64,000 nucleotides of DNA from the NCBI GenBank assembly GCA_965226885.1, contig CBDDEL010000011.1, positions 32,001 through 96,000 on the forward strand, given 5' to 3'. The DNA comes from Opitutales bacterium. Its GTDB lineage: Bacteria > Verrucomicrobiota > Verrucomicrobiia > Opitutales > UBA2987. Positions 35,156-46,257 of the stretch are shown here, piece after piece (within the stretch, counting starts at the first letter, position 1; each line of letters opens with the position of its first letter). The notes beneath the pieces are model-generated. The model saw nothing but the letters and a program-made list of their open reading frames with translations. It was not told the origin of the DNA and did no database searches. Position numbers and translations under genes: made by a program.

Positions 35156-35742
35156 TCAGGCTTTCGGCAGGTTGGTGTGTTCGGATTCCTCGAATTCAAA
35201 GGATTCGACCTCTTCATCAAGGATAGATGGGTGGCTGGTAACGGAGGGAACGGGATCTTTGTTATGACTGTAATAATAATAATTGCTGGTGTAGTAATTG
35301 TAATCTTCATCCCCGGAATCGGGCACTTGGCTGAGAACCACACCGAGGATTTGGCCATTTACATTTTCGATGATTTGCTTGGCCCGCATGGTCATTGTTT
35401 GGGGGTTGCGCCGATGCTGAACGATGAAAAGCACTCCGTCGGCCAGGCTGGCCAGGAGGCTGGAATCGCTGATGCCGATAACGGGGGGGAATCGAGGAGG
35501 ATTTTATCGAATTGCCGACGGTATTCATCGAGCAGACTGGCCATCTGTTTGCCATGCAGAAGGCCGAGCGAAATATGTTGGCCCTGGCCGCTGGGCAACA
35601 GCTTCAAATTGGGATATTGTGTTTCTACCAACGCCTCGGAGGCCTGGCTTGCGCCGGTCAGGCAATCGAGCAGGCCAGGGGTTTTCGGGGCTTTGAATAA
35701 ATGGTGTTGGGTCGGGCGGCGTAAATCCGAATCGATAACTAG
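35156..35742 (-). pseudogene. CpsD/CapB/Wzc-type tyrosine kinase C-terminal remnant
   Basis: IDSDLRRP, LLDSPP, LGVVL and Tyr-rich tail DYNYYTSNYYYY; frameshift at a G run near 35485; 5' part replaced by IS1380. Confidence 0.85.
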
Positions 35743-36980
35743 CCCGGATATTTCATGAAGGGTAAAGTTTGGCTCGTTATTGCTATTGGAGATGGAGATG
35801 GATTTCTTTGTATTTTGGGCGGATCGTCTTGATTTTGAGGTGTTTTTCAGGGTGTAGAGACACTTCCCCCTTTCCCCCATTGGTTCGGTAGCGCCGGGGG
35901 CAGCGCCAATGCGCCCTTTAGGTTGGCACCAACCGGCGGGCCGCATGGTTGAAAAGACTGGCCCATGGATAACTTTCACTTAGATGAAAGTGAATCGTTC
36001 GGGTGTTGCGCACGATGACCGCTCCGATCTTGATTAATTTTAGCCGTAGACTGTGGCATTGGAGCCGCGCCCACTTCGTCCCTTTTAATGCGAACCGGCG
36101 CAAGGCTTCCATCAAGGTGTAGGCCAGCCCCGACAAGAGCAATCGCCACTGGTTGGCCCACCATTTATGCGCGCTGGTGCGTTCGCTGAACAATTGCATC
36201 TGTTCCTTGATCCGGTTCTCCATCTCACCGCGGCCACAGTATACTTTGTCGTAAAGCTCTTGGGGATCGCCCTGCAGGTTCGTCACCACGAAGCGCGGGT
36301 TGGACCCCTGTGCGGTGTGTTCGGCTTTGTGGATGATAAGGCGTTGGCGCCGCCACGATTTTGCCCCATACTCGAAGTGCTGAAACAGCCGTTGCTTTCT
36401 GCCGCTACCCTCGAACCATTGTTTGGCTTGCTCCTGCAACTGCCGGGCCGCTTGCTGCAAGCGTGCATGGCGGGCCGTTCCCACTATAAAATAAACCTCG
36501 TTGCGCTCGCACCACGAGAGAATCCGATCCCGGCAGAATCCGCTGTCGGCACGCCAAATAATCCGCGTATGGGGCCAGCTTTGGCGAATCCGTTTAACCA
36601 GCAATTTGAGGATGGCCCCGGCATGCTTGCTCGCATCGATCTTGCTGGGCCGCAGGTAGGCCACCAGAAGCTGATCGCCGCAAAAAACATACAGCGGCAA
36701 AAAACAGTAATGATCATAATAACCGTGGAAAAAACGTCCCTCCTGGAGCCCGTGCACCGGATTGTCGGTGGCGTCAAAGTCCAGGATGATCTCTTCGGGT
36801 TCCTCGGCAAAGGATCCGATGAACTGTTCGACCAGCAACTCGTTCAGGGCAAAGGCTGCCCGCCGATCCTGCCCGTTTTCAAAACGACACAAAGTCGGCG
36901 CGCTGGCCAACGCTTCAGTGCGCCCCGTTACCGTTTGCAACAAAGGATCGCGGCGCAGGGTGTCAAAGTCGTTCAAATCC
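35743..36980 (-). mobile_element. IS1380-family element, diverged variant, 5'-truncated by IS21
   Basis: Right IR at 35743; transposase fragment 35918-36980 differs from copies 1 and 3 in several segments. Confidence 0.9.
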
Positions 36981-37153
36981 TGTAAACGCCGGGATGAAAC
37001 CGGTACGGGGGTCGGGGTAAAACCGGTACGCTTGGAATAAGGTTTAGGTTAGTAATTGCAGGTACGTCAAGGTTTAGGGTTTGGGAGTTGGTTTTGGGGA
37101 TTGGCTTGGGGTCGGTGAGGAGGCCGGAGGCCGACGAGCCGGGCCCAAGGCGT

Positions 37154-37921
37154 TTATTGTTTTGGGCCACGGCGACGGCGTCGAGCATCGCGCAAGCGGT
37201 AGCTTTGCCCGTTGGCTTCGAGGATATGCACCCGATGGGTGAGTCGGTCCAGCAGAGCTCCGGTGAGCCGTTCGGAACCGAGCACTTCGATCCAGTTCTC
37301 AAAGGGCAGGTTGGTGGTGACGATGAGACTGGTGCGCTCGTAAGCGCGGCTGACCACGTCGAAGAGCAGTTCGGAACCGGTCTTGGAAAAAGGGACGTAA
37401 CCGAGTTCGTCGAGGATGAGTAGGTCGAGCCTTTCGAGTTGCTTCATGAAGCGCTGCAGGTCGTGGTTGTCGCGTTGCTCGAGCATATGGGTAACCAGGG
37501 CGGTGACCCCGAAGAAACGGATCCGCCGGCCCTGGGCACAGGCGGCAAAGCCCAGGGCGGTGGCCAGGTGCGTTTTACCGGTACCGGCGTTACCGAGGAG
37601 CAGCACGTTTTCGCGCTGGTCGACATACTCCCCGCGCATGAGCTCTCGGATGAGCGCTTCGTTGATCGAGGGCTGCGCTTCAAAGGCGAAGCTCTCGAGG
37701 GTCTTGAGCACGGGGAAACGGGCGTTTTTGATCCGCCGCTGGGCGGCCCGCTGTTCGCGTTCAATGAGCTCCCGTTCGACCAGATGCAACAAAAAGGCGG
37801 CGTAATCGAGCCGGTCCCGGGAACAAGCCGCGGCCACCGCCGGCCATTCGCGCAGGATGGTGGGCAACTTCAGTTTCTTGAGGTGATGGTGTAACAGCAG
37901 CTGGTTTTTTTCTTCCTTCAT
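37154..37921 (-). CDS. istB: IS21 helper ATPase IstB
   Basis: Walker A GNAGTGKT, LLILDELGY, TTNLPF, LLDRLTH. Confidence 0.93.
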   Translation of the reverse strand: MKEEKNQLLLHHHLKKLKLPTILREWPAVAAACSRDRLDYAAFLLHLVERELIEREQRAAQRRIKNARFPVLKTLESFAFEAQPSINEALIRELMRGEYVDQRENVLLLGNAGTGKTHLATALGFAACAQGRRIRFFGVTALVTHMLEQRDNHDLQRFMKQLERLDLLILDELGYVPFSKTGSELLFDVVSRAYERTSLIVTTNLPFENWIEVLGSERLTGALLDRLTHRVHILEANGQSYRLRDARRRRRGPKQ

Positions 37922-39557
37922 AAAGCCCCTCCTGGAATCTTGAGCAGTTCGCTGTAGGCACCGAGGTCAGGGGCGGCCACACGGACGTGACGCAGGTGTG
38001 GATGGCCGTCCAGCCGGAAGGTTCTGCTCCCGTAGTCTTCCTGAGGATAGAGATACTGGGCGATGGCCTCACGAGTCAGTCCCCCCACCCGCAGGGCCGA
38101 GACGACGGCCTGCTGCAAGGCCGCCATGGGGTGTTTCTCCAACAGCCGCAGCACCCGGATATACTCCCGGGTGCCTTCGCCCCCGCATTGGCTTTCGAGC
38201 CGGCGTCTGAGGACCTGCAGGCACTGCGGCAACTGCCAGCCCGAGAGTGGGCGGGCGAAGTCCAAAGCGCCCGGTTTTTTCTCCAGCAAAGCCAGGTAGT
38301 GCACCGGCTCGAAAGAGACTTGCTCTTTATCCCAAATGCGGCGGTGCCGGGCCACCTCTTGGCCCCCACAGAAGATCACCACCTGCCGACAGGACCCTTC
38401 CACCACCACCGGATGGTGGGCGCAGCGCACCGGCACCGAATAGTCGTTGCACTCGAAGCGCACCAGCGAGAGGCTGCTGACGCAGGTCGAGCGTTTGCGG
38501 CTCGCTTCAAAGGGTATGGGCGGCAACGCCAGCATGACGGCGCGCTCCTCGGCCAGCAGTTCCTTTTTCACCGCCCTTTTCCCGCGTAATTTACGCTCCA
38601 TGTCCCGCTCACATGCCTCCAACAGCTTTGCGTTGAGTTCCTCCAGGTCCCGAACCTGCGGTACCGGTACCAGGAAGTTGGCCCGGGCATAACGCACGAT
38701 CCCCTCGACCACGCCCTTCTCGTTGGGCCGGGCATAACGCACGATCCCCTCGACCACGCCCTTCTCGTTGGGCCGGGCATAACGCACGATCCCCTCGACC
38801 ACGCCCTTCTCGTTGGGCCGGGCATAACGCACGATCCCCTCGACCACGCCCTTCTCGTTGGGCCGGGCGGGCAGACAGAAGTGTTCCTCGAACAGGTAAT
38901 GGCTCTGTAGCTGCAGAAACCCGTCGGTCAGCTTGCGTTCACGCGAACCGATAATCTTACCCACCGCCACCTTCGAGTTGTCATAGCTGATGCGCCGGGG
39001 CACCGCCCCGAAAAACTCAAAAGCTCGCAGGTGCCCCTCCCAGAAGCTCTCCGTGCACTCCCGTTCGAACACCTGCACGAAAAAGGCATCGCTGTAGGGC
39101 AGGCTCATGGCAAAAAATGGCCGCCTACGCAATTGCCCCGCCTCCTTCACCAGGGCATGACCGAAGTCCACCTGTCCCTCCCCGGGGCGGTGCTCCAGCG
39201 GCACGAACACTTCCCGCCGCCTCGCTCGCAGCTCGGCCACCACCTCCTTGACCGCCGTGTAGCCCCCTTGGTAGCCCTTCTCCCGACCCAAACGCTGTAG
39301 ATCCGTTTGGCCGTATGGCGCTGCTTCTTGGGCACGTTCCGGTCCGCTTTGAGCACCTCCTCGATCTAGCCCACATACGGATCGATCTTGCGCTCTCGCC
39401 TCTTCTTGCGCCGGTATCCCGGCGGCTGGGAATAGGCCAGCATCTTTCCCAGGGTCTCCCAGTGCAGTCCCTCTTCTCGCATTACAGAGCGCTTGCTCTG
39501 CTTGTCCCGCAGCACTTTGTGCCGCACTCTTGTCCATTGCTTCATATCTCGATACAC
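37918..39557 (-). pseudogene. istA: IS21 transposase IstA (stop codon, frameshift and 45-bp expansion)
   Basis: PGEGQVDFG, ISYDN, EKGVVE; TAG near 39367 and a 1-nt deletion near 39297 relative to copy 2. Confidence 0.88.
38683..38868. repeat. 45-bp tandem repeat x4 inside istA
   Basis: CCGGGCATAACGCACGATCCCCTCGACCACGCCCTTCTCGTTGGG x4; single copy in the second IS21. Confidence 0.95.
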
Positions 39558-39631
39558 TCCTCCTTTCTAGGATAAGCGTACCGGTTTTAAAGCGCCCTCT
39601 TTACCGTACCGGTTTTTCCCCGGCGTTTACA

Positions 39632-39786
39632 TGTCGGCTCATACAAAGAAAACCAGGCAACCGGACCCCAAAACCAGCATCCTAACGTCATAGGAGAGCA
39701 AAGTTGATACTCTCCCAAATGCAAATACCTCTAAGATGAGCGCCTATCAAAAGCCCTCGCAAAAATCACCCTTTTGGGACAGCCTC
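39632..39786 (+). mobile_element. IS5/ISNCY-like element, isolated downstream end
   Basis: Reverse complement of about 16238-16392, ends TTTTGGGACAGCCTC followed by TACCTA. Confidence 0.88.
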
Positions 39787-39873
39787 TACCTAGCAAAGGG
39801 AAAATCAGCAATAATTGTTAAATACTGCTGATTTGATCATCAAATAACGAAGGATAAGATTGCCAAATCACAA

Positions 39874-39953
39874 TGAAAGCAAAAAATTGGGCCTAAAATA
39901 TTAGAAAGTAGCTATTTTCAACGATTATGAATGTTCATATGGGAATACTCGGT
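39874..39953. repeat. Dispersed ~80-bp repeat, copy 2
   Basis: Aligns with 9986-10064. Confidence 0.85.
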
Positions 39954-40875
39954 TTAAAACCTCAGGATACGCTCACACTCTCCTTCCTGTCATCCACAAT
40001 TTTCGGCTATATCTCGCGCCTTATTAGACGCCCATATATATGGACCAAAGCTACAGCAAAGGTAATTTTTGATTTTGTGTGCTCACAAACTCATTATAAC
40101 GACTATGCTTGAAGAAATGACATATCCATATTTGGTAATACCACGGCTCTACGACTTTTCCTGCGAAAAGATGGTAGGGATGTCCAAACTTGATGTCCTT
40201 GTGTGATCGATTAAACTCATTTATTGCTAATCTTTCTCCAGTGTAATCGTTTTGTAGCTCTGTCTCTGAACCGATAGTATCGTCAAAATAGCAGAACACT
40301 CAAGGTAAGTAGTTTCTTTCATCAGCCGCAAGCATATTCAACGCAGCGACCGTCGATGAATAGAAATCTAAATCATGCGCGATCGCTCCGATGGGGGCAG
40401 GATTATACTTCTCGAAAAAGTACTTTGATGTATCCTTGATGTCACCCAAAACGAGCTTTGCCTTTTTTAATCGTGCTTGGAGTGTTGGGACATCCATTTT
40501 GTAGAAGCCTTTTTTCCACTGATATGGGAGATCCCTATAATCTAAGGGTTCTGGGAGACCTTCTGCTATGTCAAAGCCGTAAATATCAATATCTATATCG
40601 AGCAATTTCGAAGTTTGTTGAGCGTGGTATTCGAGATTCACTAGTCCGTTTCCCCCCGCCACACCGAATTCCAAGACACTTATGCGCTGATATCCCAGTT
40701 TCTTTGCTAATACGGCAGCATAATAAACACAATAGCCATAGTGTGGACGGTCTACTGCTCCTACTCTTATTCTCTGTTCATAACTACCTAACCCGGATAT
40801 TTGTAAACGCCGGGGAAAAACCGGTACGGTAAAGAGGGCGCTTTAAAACCGGTACGCTTATCCTAGAAAGGAGGA

Positions 40876-42366
40876 GTGTATCGAGATATGAAGCAATGGA
40901 CAAGAGTGCGGCACAAAGTGCTGCGGGACAAGCAGAGCAAGCGCTCTGTAATGCGAGAAGAGGGACTGCACTGGGAGACCCTGGGAAAGATGCTGGCCTA
41001 TTCCCAGCCGCCGGGATACCGGCGCAAGAAGAGGCGAGAGCGCAAGATCGATCCGTATGTGGGCTGGATCGAGGAGGTGCTCAAAGCGGACCGGAACGTG
41101 CCCAAGAAGCAGCGCCATACGGCCAAACGGATCTACCAGCGTTTGGGTCGGGAGAAGGGCTACCAAGGGGGCTACACGGCGGTCAAGGAGGTGGTGGCCG
41201 AGCTGCGAGCGAGGCGGCGGGAAGTGTTCGTGCCGCTGGAGCACCGCCCCGGGGAGGGACAGGTGGACTTCGGTCATGCCCTGGTGAAGGAGGCGGCCAT
41301 TTTTTGCCATGAGCCTGCCCTACAGCGATGCCTTTTTCGTGCAGGTGTTCGAACGGGAGTGCACGGAGAGCTTCTGGGAGGGGCACCTGCGAGCTTTTGA
41401 GTTTTTCGGGGCGGTGCCCCGGCGCATCAGCTATGACAACTCGAAGGTGGCGGTGGGTAAGATTATCGGTTCGCGTGAACGCAAGCTGACCGACGGGTTT
41501 CTGCAGCTACAGAGCCATTACCTGTTCGAGGAACACTTCTGTCTGCCCGCCCGGCCCAACGAGAAGGGCGTGGTCGAGGGGATCGTGCGTTATGCCCGGG
41601 CCAACTTCCTGGTACCGGTACCGCAGGTTCGGGACCTGGAGGAACTCAACGCAAAGCTGTTGGAGGCATGTGAGCGGGACATGGAGCGTAAATTACGCGG
41701 GAAAAGGGCGGTGAAAAAGGAACTGCTGGCCGAGGAGCGCGCCGTCATGCTGCCGTTGCCGCCCATACCCTTTGAAGCGGAGCCGCAAACGCTCGACCTG
41801 CGTCAGCAGCCTCTCGCTGGTGCGCTTCGAGTGCAACGACTATTCGGTGCCGGTGCGCTGCGCCCACCATCCGGTGGTGGTGGAAGGGTCCTGTCGGCAG
41901 GTGGTGATCTTCTGTGGGGGCCAAGAGGTGGCCCCGGCACCGCCGCATTTGGGATAAAGAGCAAGTCTCTTTCGAGCCGGTGCACTACCTGGCTTTGCTG
42001 GAGAAAAAACCGGGCGCTTTGGACTTCGCCCGCCCACTCTCGGGCTGGCAGTTGCCGCAGTGCCTGCAGGTCCTCAGACGCCGGCTCGAAAGCCAATGCG
42101 GGGGCGAAGGCACCCGGGAGTATATCCGGGTGCTGCGGCTGTTGGAGAAACACCCCATGGCGGCCTTGCAGCAGGCCGTCGTCTCGGCCCTGCGGGTGGG
42201 GGGACTGACTCGTGAGGCCATCGCCCAGTATCTCTATCCTCAGGAAGACTACGGGAGCAGAACCTTCCGGCTGGACGGCCATCCACACCTGCGTCACGTC
42301 CGTGTGGCCGCCCCTGACCTCGGTGCCTACAGCGAACTGCTCAAGATTCCAGGAGGGGCTTTATGA
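40876..42366 (+). pseudogene. istA: IS21 transposase IstA (frameshifted)
   Basis: 17-bp deletion near 41295 and single-base insertions near 41779 and 41933 relative to copy 1. Confidence 0.88.
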
Positions 42367-43130
42367 AGGAAGAAAAAAACCAGCTGCTGTTACACCATCA
42401 CCTCAAGAAACTGAAGTTGCCCACCATCCTGCGCGAATGGCCGGCGGTGGCCGCGGCTTGTTCCCGGGACCGGCTCGATTACGCCGCCTTTTTGTTGCAT
42501 CTGGTCGAACGGGAGCTCATTGAACGCGAACAGCGGGCCGCCCAGCGGCGGATCAAAAACGCCCGTTTCCCCGTGCTCAAGACCCTCGAGAGCTTCGCCT
42601 TTGAAGCGCAGCCCTCGATCAACGAAGCGCTCATCCGAGAGCTCATGCGCGGGGAGTATGTCGACCAGCGCGAAAACGTGCTGCTCCTCGGTAACGCCGG
42701 TACCGGTAAAACGCACCTGGCCACCGCCCTGGGCTTTGCCGCCTGTGCCCAGGGCCGGCGGATCCGTTTCTTCGGGGTCACCGCCCTGGTTACCCATATG
42801 CTCGAGCAACGCGACAACCACGACCTGCAGCGCTTCATGAAGCAACTCGAAAGGCTCGACCTACTCATCCTCGACGAACTCGGTTACGTCCCTTTTTCCA
42901 AGACCGGTTCCGAACTGCTCTTCGACGTGGTCAGCCGCGCTTACGAGCGCACCAGTCTCATCGTCACCACCAACCTGCCCTTTGAGAACTGGATCGAAGT
43001 GCTCGGTTCCGAACGGCTCACCGGAGCTCTGCTGGACCGACTCACCCATCGGGTGCATATCCTCGAAGCCAACGGGCAAAGCTACCGCTTGCGCGATGCT
43101 CGACGCCGTCGCCGTGGCCCAAAACAATAA
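42363..43130 (+). CDS. istB: IS21 helper ATPase IstB
   Basis: Same protein as 37154-37921. Confidence 0.93.
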   Translation: MKEEKNQLLLHHHLKKLKLPTILREWPAVAAACSRDRLDYAAFLLHLVERELIEREQRAAQRRIKNARFPVLKTLESFAFEAQPSINEALIRELMRGEYVDQRENVLLLGNAGTGKTHLATALGFAACAQGRRIRFFGVTALVTHMLEQRDNHDLQRFMKQLERLDLLILDELGYVPFSKTGSELLFDVVSRAYERTSLIVTTNLPFENWIEVLGSERLTGALLDRLTHRVHILEANGQSYRLRDARRRRRGPKQ

Positions 43131-43468
43131 ACGCCTTGGGCCCGGCTCGTCGGCCTCCGGCCTCCTCACCGACCCCAAGCCAATCCCCAAAACCAACTCC
43201 CAAACCCTAAACCTTGACGTACCTGCAATTACTAACCTAAACCTTATTCCAAGCGTACCGGTTTTACCCCGACCCCCGTACCGGTTTCATCCCGGCGTTT
43301 ACAGATATTTCATGAAGGGTAAAGTTTGGCTCGTTATTGCTATTGGAGATGGATTTCTTTGTATTTTGAGCAGATCGTCTTGATTTTTAGGTGTTTTTCA
43401 GGGTGTAGAGACACTGCCCCCTTTCCCCCATTGGTTCGGTAGTGCCGGGGGCAGCACCAATGCACCCT

Positions 43469-44779
43469 TTAGGTTGGCACCAATCGGCGGGCCGCATGGT
43501 TGAAAAGACTGGCCCAAGGATAACTCTCACTTAGGTGAAAGTGAATCGTTCGGGTGTTGCGCACGATGACCGCTCCGATCTTGATTAATTTGAGCCGCAG
43601 GGTGTGGCATTGGGCCCGCGCCCACTTCGTCCCTTTTAAGGCTAACCGGCGCATGGCTTCCATCAAGGTGTAGGCCAGCGCCGACAAGAGCAATCGCCAC
43701 TGATTGGCCCACCATTGATGGGCGCTGGTGCGCTCGCTGAACAATTGCATCTGTTCCTTGATTCGGTTCTCCATTTCACCGCGGCCACAGTATACCTTGT
43801 CGTAAAGCTCCTGGGGATCGCCCGGCAGGTTCGTCACCACGAAGCGCGGGTTGGACCCCTGTGCGGTGTGTTCGGCTTTATGGATGACCAACCGCAGCCA
43901 TCGCCACGAATCGGCAGCATAGACGAAGTCCTGGAATAACCGTTGTTTTTTACCCCTTAGTTCGAACCATTCTTTGGCCTGCTTTTGCAACTGCTGGGCG
44001 TCTTGCTGCAAGCGTGCATTGCGAGCCATCCCCACGATGTAACTAACTTCGTTGCGGTCGCACCAAGAGAGTATCCGGTCTCGACAAAATCCACTGTCGG
44101 CGCGCCAAATAATCCGCGTACGGGGCCAGCTTTGGCGAATCCGTTTAACCAGCAATTTGAGGATGGCTCCGGCATGCTTGCTGGCATCGATCTTGCTCGG
44201 CCGCAGGTAGGCCACCAGCAGCTGATCACCGCAAAAAACATATAGCGGCAGAAAACAATAATGATCATAATAACCGTGGAAAAAACGTCCCTCCTGGAGC
44301 CCGTGCACCGGATTGTCGGTGGCGTCAAAGTCCAGGATGATCTCTTCGGGTTCCTCGGCAAAGGAGCCCATGAACTGTTCGACCAACAGCTCGTTTACCG
44401 CAAAGGCCGCCCGCCGATCCTGCCCGTTTTCAAAACGACACAAAGTCGGCGCGCTGGCCAACGTTTCAATGCGCCCCGTTACCGTTTGCAACAATGGATC
44501 GTGGCGCAGGGTATCAAAGTCGTTCAAATCCTCATAGCCCGCCACCAGCCCGTAAACGCGCTGCCGCAGCATCCCCAATACCTCATGGCGTACTTTGCCC
44601 TTCTGCCGTTTGTCCACTAACTGTCGGGCCGCTCGTTCGGTCAAGCCCAACTGCCGATCCACTTCCCGGATCAAAAGCAGTCCGGCATCCGAAGTAACCT
44701 CTCCGCCCTTGAAATCAACCCGCACACGGCGGCCTTTTACCCTTGTCAACTGTAGCTTTAATTGTTTACCTTTTGTCAT
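43469..44779 (-). CDS. IS1380-family DDE transposase
   Basis: Near-identical to 1898-3208. Confidence 0.93.
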   Translation of the reverse strand: MTKGKQLKLQLTRVKGRRVRVDFKGGEVTSDAGLLLIREVDRQLGLTERAARQLVDKRQKGKVRHEVLGMLRQRVYGLVAGYEDLNDFDTLRHDPLLQTVTGRIETLASAPTLCRFENGQDRRAAFAVNELLVEQFMGSFAEEPEEIILDFDATDNPVHGLQEGRFFHGYYDHYCFLPLYVFCGDQLLVAYLRPSKIDASKHAGAILKLLVKRIRQSWPRTRIIWRADSGFCRDRILSWCDRNEVSYIVGMARNARLQQDAQQLQKQAKEWFELRGKKQRLFQDFVYAADSWRWLRLVIHKAEHTAQGSNPRFVVTNLPGDPQELYDKVYCGRGEMENRIKEQMQLFSERTSAHQWWANQWRLLLSALAYTLMEAMRRLALKGTKWARAQCHTLRLKLIKIGAVIVRNTRTIHFHLSESYPWASLFNHAARRLVPT

Positions 44780-45085
44780 CGCTGATATTGCTTTAATTAT
44801 TGATCTATCCTGCTGTATATCAGCAGTTAAGCATATCAACGATACTTTTTTTACGAAATATCCGGGCTAAGCTGAATTTTTTGATGATCTTCTTTGCTAT
44901 AGTTCGTAACGGATACGGATCGAGGATTAGTTTTTGCAATTTCCTTATCATCAGTTTTCACCTCATATTATTAATGCCTGAAATTAGGGAGGCTAACATA
45001 TTGCAGGCAGTGTTTACGCAACCCTTAATTGGGTAAGATAAAAATTTGTCTGAGTTTGGCAAGTTAGTTTTTAATTGTCTGAAAA

Positions 45086-46120
45086 TTAACTCAGGACCAA
45101 TAATTTGGCTTTTTTCAGGAGGGGAGATTTTTTCTCCAGGTTGTAGGGGAGGGGGAGTTGGGCGATTCCGATGAGGCGGCGCATGATTTCTACTCCGGCG
45201 TAGGCTTGCATTCTTTTGGTGTCGAAACCTGGCGGGGGGCGGTAGGTTTCCTTGAATTTGTCGATGACGTGCGGTTCCTGATCGCTCAGGTATAGTTGGG
45301 CCAGCATGACTCCGGCGTCGAACTCGGCGGGGCCGAAAAATCCGAATTCGGGGTCGATGATGCGTATGCCGTTCGGGGTTTGCAGCCAACTGCCGGGGAA
45401 ATAGTCGCCGTGGAGGAGGGTTTTTCCGTTTTCCAGGTAAAGCTCGCCCAGTTCGCGCACGGCGGTTGCGAAGTCGCGGTCGTTAATGAGAATTTCCGCT
45501 TCTTTTTTCAATCCGGGCGTTATGCCGTCCAAATCCAGGCCGTCATCCCTTTGCAGCGGAAAATGGAAAATGTGTTCGTGGTTGAGGTCGCGCATTTCCC
45601 GGTTAACCAGGCTGGAGCGGGCCTTATCGTCGAATTGCAAGCCGTGCAAGGCGCTCAACCATTGGCACAGGTCCGTCAAATCCTGATGCGTCAGCCCCTC
45701 ATCGACCGAGTAAAGGCTGGTGAGATCGCTCGACTCTCCCAAGTCCTCCAGGGCAAGGATACGGGAAATGGAATCGAGGTGAAGCAGTCGCGGCATTTTT
45801 TCAGCGATAGACGGTTGGCTGGCGACCAGTTTATAAAACTTTGCCTCGACCAGGACCCGGTCCCAGGGGGCGGCGATTTGCGGGTATTTCTCCACCCAGG
45901 GGCGGGATTGTTTGAGAATCAAGCTGCGCCCCTTCGTGGTCGAGACGCGCCAAGTAAGGTTCATATTTCCCTCACCCGGTTTGTCTTTGCCGGTTATTGA
46001 TTGCTGCCTGCCCAGCAAGTTCCTCTCGCGCAGATAGCTTTCCAGTTCCGAATCGCTGAGCGAATCGAGGAGGATAATTTCCGGATGGTTTTGTAAAAGT
46101 TCTTCTTTTTGGGCCTTCAT
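45086..46120 (-). CDS. Methylthioribose-kinase-like phosphotransferase
   Basis: GEGNMN, LILKQSRPWV, LLHGD, IIDPEFGFFGP. Confidence 0.78.
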   Translation of the reverse strand: MKAQKEELLQNHPEIILLDSLSDSELESYLRERNLLGRQQSITGKDKPGEGNMNLTWRVSTTKGRSLILKQSRPWVEKYPQIAAPWDRVLVEAKFYKLVASQPSIAEKMPRLLHLDSISRILALEDLGESSDLTSLYSVDEGLTHQDLTDLCQWLSALHGLQFDDKARSSLVNREMRDLNHEHIFHFPLQRDDGLDLDGITPGLKKEAEILINDRDFATAVRELGELYLENGKTLLHGDYFPGSWLQTPNGIRIIDPEFGFFGPAEFDAGVMLAQLYLSDQEPHVIDKFKETYRPPPGFDTKRMQAYAGVEIMRRLIGIAQLPLPYNLEKKSPLLKKAKLLVLS

Positions 46121-46257
46121 TGAAGTGGTCTTTATTACAGTTATTAAGAAGGAGGCGCCGGACGGAATAATATTTCCTCTGGATAGGGTTTTACATGAAG
46201 ACGGTTTTCTACGAGACTGGCAAATATGGAAAAATGGATCTGTGGCCGGGCGGCTTC

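Larger units (their letters stand above)
36981..39631 (-). mobile_element. IS21-family element, copy 1
   Basis: IR TGTAAACGCCGGG/CCCGGCGTTTACA with repeated ACCGGTAC motifs; istA-istB; no matching TSD. Confidence 0.92.
40802..43303 (+). mobile_element. IS21-family element, copy 2
   Basis: Same IRs; 6-bp TSD GATATT. Confidence 0.93.
40792..44866 (-). mobile_element. IS1380-family element, copy 3, with IS21 inserted in its right IR
   Basis: TSD CTAA at 40788-40791 and 44867-44870. Confidence 0.92.
40051..44951 (-). pseudogene. TylF/NovP-like SAM-dependent methyltransferase, split by IS1380::IS21 and carrying an internal stop
   Basis: MIRKLQ..KFSL (44951-44867) joins GSYEQR..LEFGVAGGNG..IYGFD..GLP..DLDFYSST; TGA at 40300-40302 precedes VFCYFDD..GERLAINEFN. 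Confidence 0.72.

Noticed and set aside
38683..38868. Possible CRISPR array
   Set aside because: Repeats are contiguous with no spacers, lie in frame inside istA, and no cas genes are present
39787..40790. TACCTA at both 39787 and 40785 as a possible TSD
   Set aside because: The second occurrence is coding sequence of the methyltransferase and is explained by the IS1380 CTAA site
36981..43303. Composite transposon formed by the two inverted IS21 copies
   Set aside because: Outer flanks (AAATCC vs GATATT) do not match, and copy 2 has its own TSD
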